This document shows, in pieces, positions 60,609 through 64,000 of a stretch of DNA of 64,000 bases. The translations under genes and the position numbers were made by a program. Source of the stretch: Acidimicrobiia bacterium (GTDB taxonomy: Bacteria; Actinomycetota; Acidimicrobiia; Acidimicrobiales; JANYDT01); the NCBI GenBank assembly GCA_031383405.1, contig JANMZO010000022.1, forward strand, positions 1,544 through 65,543, in the 5' to 3' direction. The stretch's first letter is position 1, and the number at the start of each line of letters is the position of its first letter. The notes below the pieces were generated by a model that was not told the origin of the DNA, did not search any database, and saw nothing but the letters and a program-made list of their open reading frames with translations.

Positions 60609-62738
60609 TCACGTCGTGATTTCTTTCAGGAAGGCGCAGACTTCGCCCAGGTCGCGCGAACGACGCATCGGTGGAAGCGCCTGGAGCAGGTCGTAACGGT
60701 ACGACCTGGCGGTGTTCAGGCGGGGATCGAGAACGGCGACGACGCCGCGGTCAGTTGACGTGCGAATGAGGCGGCCCGCTCCCTGGGCCAGCATCATCGA
60801 CGCACGGGGAAGATCAATGAGCCGGAACGCGGCGTCGCCGACCCGTTCACGGCGGGCGACGAGAAGGGGTTCATCGGGCCGGGCGAAGGGGAGCTTGTCG
60901 ATGATCACGAGGCTGAGCGCGCGGCCGGGAACATCGATGCCCTGCCAGAATCCCATGGTGGCGAAAAGGCAGCTCGTTTCATCTTCGGAGAAGGCCTTGA
61001 TGAGTGCCGGTTTGGGCAGATCGCTCTGCGTCAGGATTCGGAACGGAAGTTTGGGCTTCACATCGCTGAGCGCCTCCGCGGCAGCGCGCATGGCTTTCCA
61101 TGAGGTAAAAAGTGCGAGCGTTCGGCCCCCCGCCGCTTCCATAAGCGCACGTATTTCTTTGTGAGTTGCTGCTTCGAAGCTGGCAGAGCGTGGGTCTGGC
61201 ATGGTGACGGCGCAGTACAACATGCCCTGGCTTCCGTAGTCGAACGGGCTGCCGACATCGAGGATCGCGGTCGAGTCTTTAGGAAGCCCGAGTCGCAGAC
61301 TGAGATTCGATCGAATGGTTGCGCTCGTGAGGATTGCGGTTGTGGAACTCCACGTCGTGAGAGAAAGCGTCGATGCGACGTCGACCGGCGCGATTCGCAG
61401 GACCGGGCCCCGCGTGCTCGAAGCCCCTTCCACCCACGCAACACGGTCCTCCGCGTAGTCGCTGCTCGGCTGCTGCGTCGCCGCTTCTGTTCGCCCGCCG
61501 TCGGGAGCTCCAGAATCCTCGCCGTGGTCTGATGACGACCCGAGAGCGCGCCGTTCGTTCGGATTCGTCCCGAGTTCCGACGCAATGAGCAACTCTTCGG
61601 CAAGGCCGGTGGCGGCCTGGACCGCCCGGAGCTTCTTCGGGCCTAGACCACCGGGCGCGTTGTCGTCGATCATTCGGAGAAGCGACATCGCCTTGTTGAC
61701 GCGCTGGATTGCGGTCACGAGTGCCTGACGGATCGGCTCTTCGGCGCCCGGCCCCCGCACCAGACGCTGTCCCGAGTACGGCGTGAGCGCACTTTCGATC
61801 TGGGTTCCGGCGTCGATCAGATCGACGCTTGCGTCGGCATCGACAATGACCTGGCGAAGGCGGGAGGCAAGGAACGCGAACCGTCCGGCCGAGATCTCGA
61901 TGGCGAAGCTGTCGGACATGATGTCTTCGACTTCATGCGCTTCGTCGAAGATCACGACGTCGTGTTCCGGAAGCACGTAACCGCCGCTGCGGACGTGCTG
62001 TCCGTACAGGTGGGTGTTGACGACGATCACGTCGGCGTCGGCGGCCCGGGCTCTTGCTCTTTCCGCAAAGCATCCTTCGCCGCTCGGACATTTCGCCGCG
62101 CCGGGACACTCTCCGGCGCTGACGCTGACCGCCGACCAGGCCGGTCCGAGGGGTTCGAACGAGAGCTCAGCCCGGTCGCCAATTTCGGTATCTTGAGCCC
62201 AGTCGATCAGCGCGTCGATCTGCTCGAGTACCTTCGCCCCGTCGAAACGACGCGAGGTCTCGCCATCGTCGAGGAGCTGCATTTGCTGTTTCGGGCCCTG
62301 CAATTCGGCTGCCTTTTGCACACAGAAGTAGTTGCTGCGACCTTTCAGCAGTGCGAATGTGAACGGTACGTCAAGATGTTCGGCCAAGAAGGGGAGGTCC
62401 TTGGCGGCGAGCTGATCCTGAAGAGCTTTGGTCGCAGTCGAGACCACCACCGTGGCTCCCGAGATGATCGCCGGAACCAGGTAGCCCAACGACTTTCCGG
62501 TGCCGGTCCCGGCTTGGATGATGAGGTGCCCGCTGTTGGCGATCGCCTTCGCCACGGCAACGGCCATCGTGCGCTGCCCCTCACGGACCTCGCCGCCTCC
62601 GGGTAGGGCCGCGGTAACTTTGGCCAGGGCATCGGTGACCGCGGAACCGTCGTCGGGGTTGTCGGGTGGTCCGTCGGGTTTGCCGTCAGTCGGCACGGGG
62701 CGCGCGTTGCTGTCGGACGAGTAGCTCATGGGGACCAA
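60609..62738 (-). CDS. dinG: DinG/XPD-like (SF2, DEAD_2) ATP-dependent helicase with a 4-Cys Fe-S cluster signature
   Basis: 709 aa. Walker A is QAGTGTGKSLGYL and the DEAH box is VIFDEAHEV. Cysteines occur at NYFC and ECPGAAKCPSGEGC. The C-terminal helicase motifs include GRLIRTSTDRGVV. Confidence 0.85.
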   Translation of the reverse strand: MVPMSYSSDSNARPVPTDGKPDGPPDNPDDGSAVTDALAKVTAALPGGGEVREGQRTMAVAVAKAIANSGHLIIQAGTGTGKSLGYLVPAIISGATVVVSTATKALQDQLAAKDLPFLAEHLDVPFTFALLKGRSNYFCVQKAAELQGPKQQMQLLDDGETSRRFDGAKVLEQIDALIDWAQDTEIGDRAELSFEPLGPAWSAVSVSAGECPGAAKCPSGEGCFAERARARAADADVIVVNTHLYGQHVRSGGYVLPEHDVVIFDEAHEVEDIMSDSFAIEISAGRFAFLASRLRQVIVDADASVDLIDAGTQIESALTPYSGQRLVRGPGAEEPIRQALVTAIQRVNKAMSLLRMIDDNAPGGLGPKKLRAVQAATGLAEELLIASELGTNPNERRALGSSSDHGEDSGAPDGGRTEAATQQPSSDYAEDRVAWVEGASSTRGPVLRIAPVDVASTLSLTTWSSTTAILTSATIRSNLSLRLGLPKDSTAILDVGSPFDYGSQGMLYCAVTMPDPRSASFEAATHKEIRALMEAAGGRTLALFTSWKAMRAAAEALSDVKPKLPFRILTQSDLPKPALIKAFSEDETSCLFATMGFWQGIDVPGRALSLVIIDKLPFARPDEPLLVARRERVGDAAFRLIDLPRASMMLAQGAGRLIRTSTDRGVVAVLDPRLNTARSYRYDLLQALPPMRRSRDLGEVCAFLKEITT

Positions 62739-62786
62739 GACGCTAGCCCCCGTCCGCCGAGAGCCGGCGCCGGTTCCGCTGAATCC

Positions 62787-62838
62787 GGTTTATGTCCACG
62801 GTTTGACATGTATACGACGCGAACTGTGGACATAAACG
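62787..62838 (+). repeat. third, diverged copy of the TGTCCAC/GTGGACA hairpin element (18-bp continuous helix, 14-nt loop)
   Basis: ggTTTATGTCCACgGTTTG-acatgtatacgacg-CGAACtGTGGACATAAAcg. It aligns base-for-base with 11479-11530. It lies in the divergent dinG/uppS intergenic region. Confidence 0.85.
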
Positions 62839-62946
62839 CCGAGAGCCGGCCCGGGCGACACCAGAATTGTGGAGGATTTGTGGAGGTTTCCGAAGCGGGG
62901 TGCCCGCGGCACGGCAAAACGCGTCGGGGCCGCTAACGTCAGAGGA

Positions 62947-63705
62947 ATGCGGTCGCCATTCCCTTCGACGCTTCCTCCCGGTATCGATTCGTCATATCTA
63001 CCTCGACACATCGCCTGCGTGATGGATGGGAACGGGCGCTGGGCCACTCGCCGTGGTCTACCCCGAACCGACGGTCACGCTGCGGGAGAGGAAGCACTGT
63101 TCGATGCGGTGGAGGGAGCGCTTGAACTTCGGGCTGAGTGGTTCACCGTCTATGCGTTCTCGACGGAGAACTGGAAGCGCCCGATCGACGAAGTGCGTTT
63201 CCTCATGCACTTCAACGAGTCGATTCTCGTTCGGCGTCGCGACGAACTCAACGATCTGGGCGTCCGGGTTCGTTTCATCGGTCGTCGTAACTGGCGCGTG
63301 CCGGGTCGGTTGATCAAGCAGATCGAAGCGGCGGAGGACCTCACGCGCAAGAACCGTCGGATGACGCTGTCGTTCGCGTTCAACTATGGCGGACGAGCTG
63401 AATTGGTCGATGCCGTGCAGCGGATCATCGGAGACCGGGTCCCGGCCAACAAGATCGACGACAGGTTGATTTCGAAGTACCTCTACGCACCCGATATGCC
63501 TGACCCCGACCTCATGATCCGGACCTCGGGGGAATACCGCACGTCGAACTTCCTCCTGTGGCAGTTGGCCTATTCCGAGCTTGTGTTCACCGAGGTGTTG
63601 TGGCCCGACTTCCGTCGCAAAGACCTGTTCGACGCCGTGAAGGAGTTTCAGGCCCGGGAGCGCCGCTTTGGTGGCGTAGAAGCAGCGAACACCGCAGGTT
63701 CGTGA
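62947..63705 (+). CDS. uppS: isoprenyl (undecaprenyl) diphosphate synthase
   Basis: The ATG at 62947 gives ...LPRHIACVMDGNGRWA. It also has FSTENWKRP and IRTSGEYRTSNFLLWQLAYSE. Confidence 0.93.
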   Translation: MRSPFPSTLPPGIDSSYLPRHIACVMDGNGRWATRRGLPRTDGHAAGEEALFDAVEGALELRAEWFTVYAFSTENWKRPIDEVRFLMHFNESILVRRRDELNDLGVRVRFIGRRNWRVPGRLIKQIEAAEDLTRKNRRMTLSFAFNYGGRAELVDAVQRIIGDRVPANKIDDRLISKYLYAPDMPDPDLMIRTSGEYRTSNFLLWQLAYSELVFTEVLWPDFRRKDLFDAVKEFQARERRFGGVEAANTAGS

Positions 63706-64000
63706 GCCTCTACCGCTGCGAAGGCATTGTTCTGCGCACCTACAAACTGGGTGAAGCAGACCGTATAATAAGTGTGCTCACGAATACGCACGGCAAGGTC
63801 CGTGGAGTCGCCAAAGGTGTACGGAAAACGAAGAGCCGCATCGGCGCCCGGCTCGAACCGACATCGTATGTGGCGCTGCTTCTGTACAAGGGGCGGGGTG
63901 ATCTCGACACGATCAGTCAGGCCGATTCGTTGGAGCAGTACAAGACAATCCGTGAAGACCTCGACCGCATCACCCACGCAACGGCGATGCTTGAAGCCGC
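63702..64000 (+). CDS. recO: DNA repair protein RecO (5' part; runs off the window)
   Basis: The GTG at 63702 overlaps the uppS stop (GTGA). My own translation is VSLYRCEGIVLRTYKLGEADRIISVLTNTHGKVRGVAKGVRKTKSRIGARLEP.... This ORF is not in the supplied track because it has no stop in the window. Confidence 0.85.
   Translation, partial: MSLYRCEGIVLRTYKLGEADRIISVLTNTHGKVRGVAKGVRKTKSRIGARLEPTSYVALLLYKGRGDLDTISQADSLEQYKTIREDLDRITHATAMLEA

Noticed and set aside
62761-62850. An 8-bp direct repeat GAGCCGGC flanking the third hairpin copy (62761-68 and 62843-50), which could be a target-site duplication of a MITE-like insertion.
   Set aside because: A GC-rich 8-mer recurring within 90 bp of a high-GC genome is weak evidence. 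The tandem copies at 11451 show no comparable flanks. I kept only the hairpin observation.

Overview
This is a high-GC chromosomal segment with the classic actinobacterial housekeeping gene order. The backbone runs aspS, rarA, then alaS-ruvX-mltG-aroE-(prepilin peptidase)-aroC-aroK-aroB-aroQ-pepP-efp-nusB. It continues with pyrR-pyrB-pyrC-carA-carB-pyrD-pyrF-mihF-gmk-rpoZ-coaBC-metK-priA. It ends with a minus-strand block (S41 peptidase, UvrD/HRDC helicase, hypothetical, alpha/beta hydrolase, DinG-like helicase) followed by uppS-recO. Many neighbouring genes overlap by 1-8 nt, which suggests translational coupling. I saw no rRNA, tRNA, CRISPR array, transposase or integrase.

Departures from the backbone, roughly in order of interest:
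1. A roughly 55-nt hairpin element is present as a 62-bp near-perfect tandem duplication upstream of the alaS operon and as a diverged third copy between dinG and uppS. Its substitutions preserve the stem, so it is a candidate undescribed cis-regulatory or small RNA.
2. An 8.5-kb alpha-2-macroglobulin plus PBP1C pair is inserted between aroK and aroB.
3. A translationally coupled GT4 / unknown / GH130 unit plus a second GH130 gene sits behind an unusually long non-coding leader.
4. A Bacillus-type terminator/attenuator candidate and a PyrR-binding-like hairpin lie at the 5' end of pyrR.
5. carB is split by an apparent 1-nt frameshift.
6. The pyrF-mihF spacer holds two decayed gene remnants.
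7. Short tandem repeats (9-18 bp units) are strikingly frequent, both intergenic and in frame inside housekeeping genes.

All calls rest on reading the ORF translations and the sequence by eye; no database searches were run.
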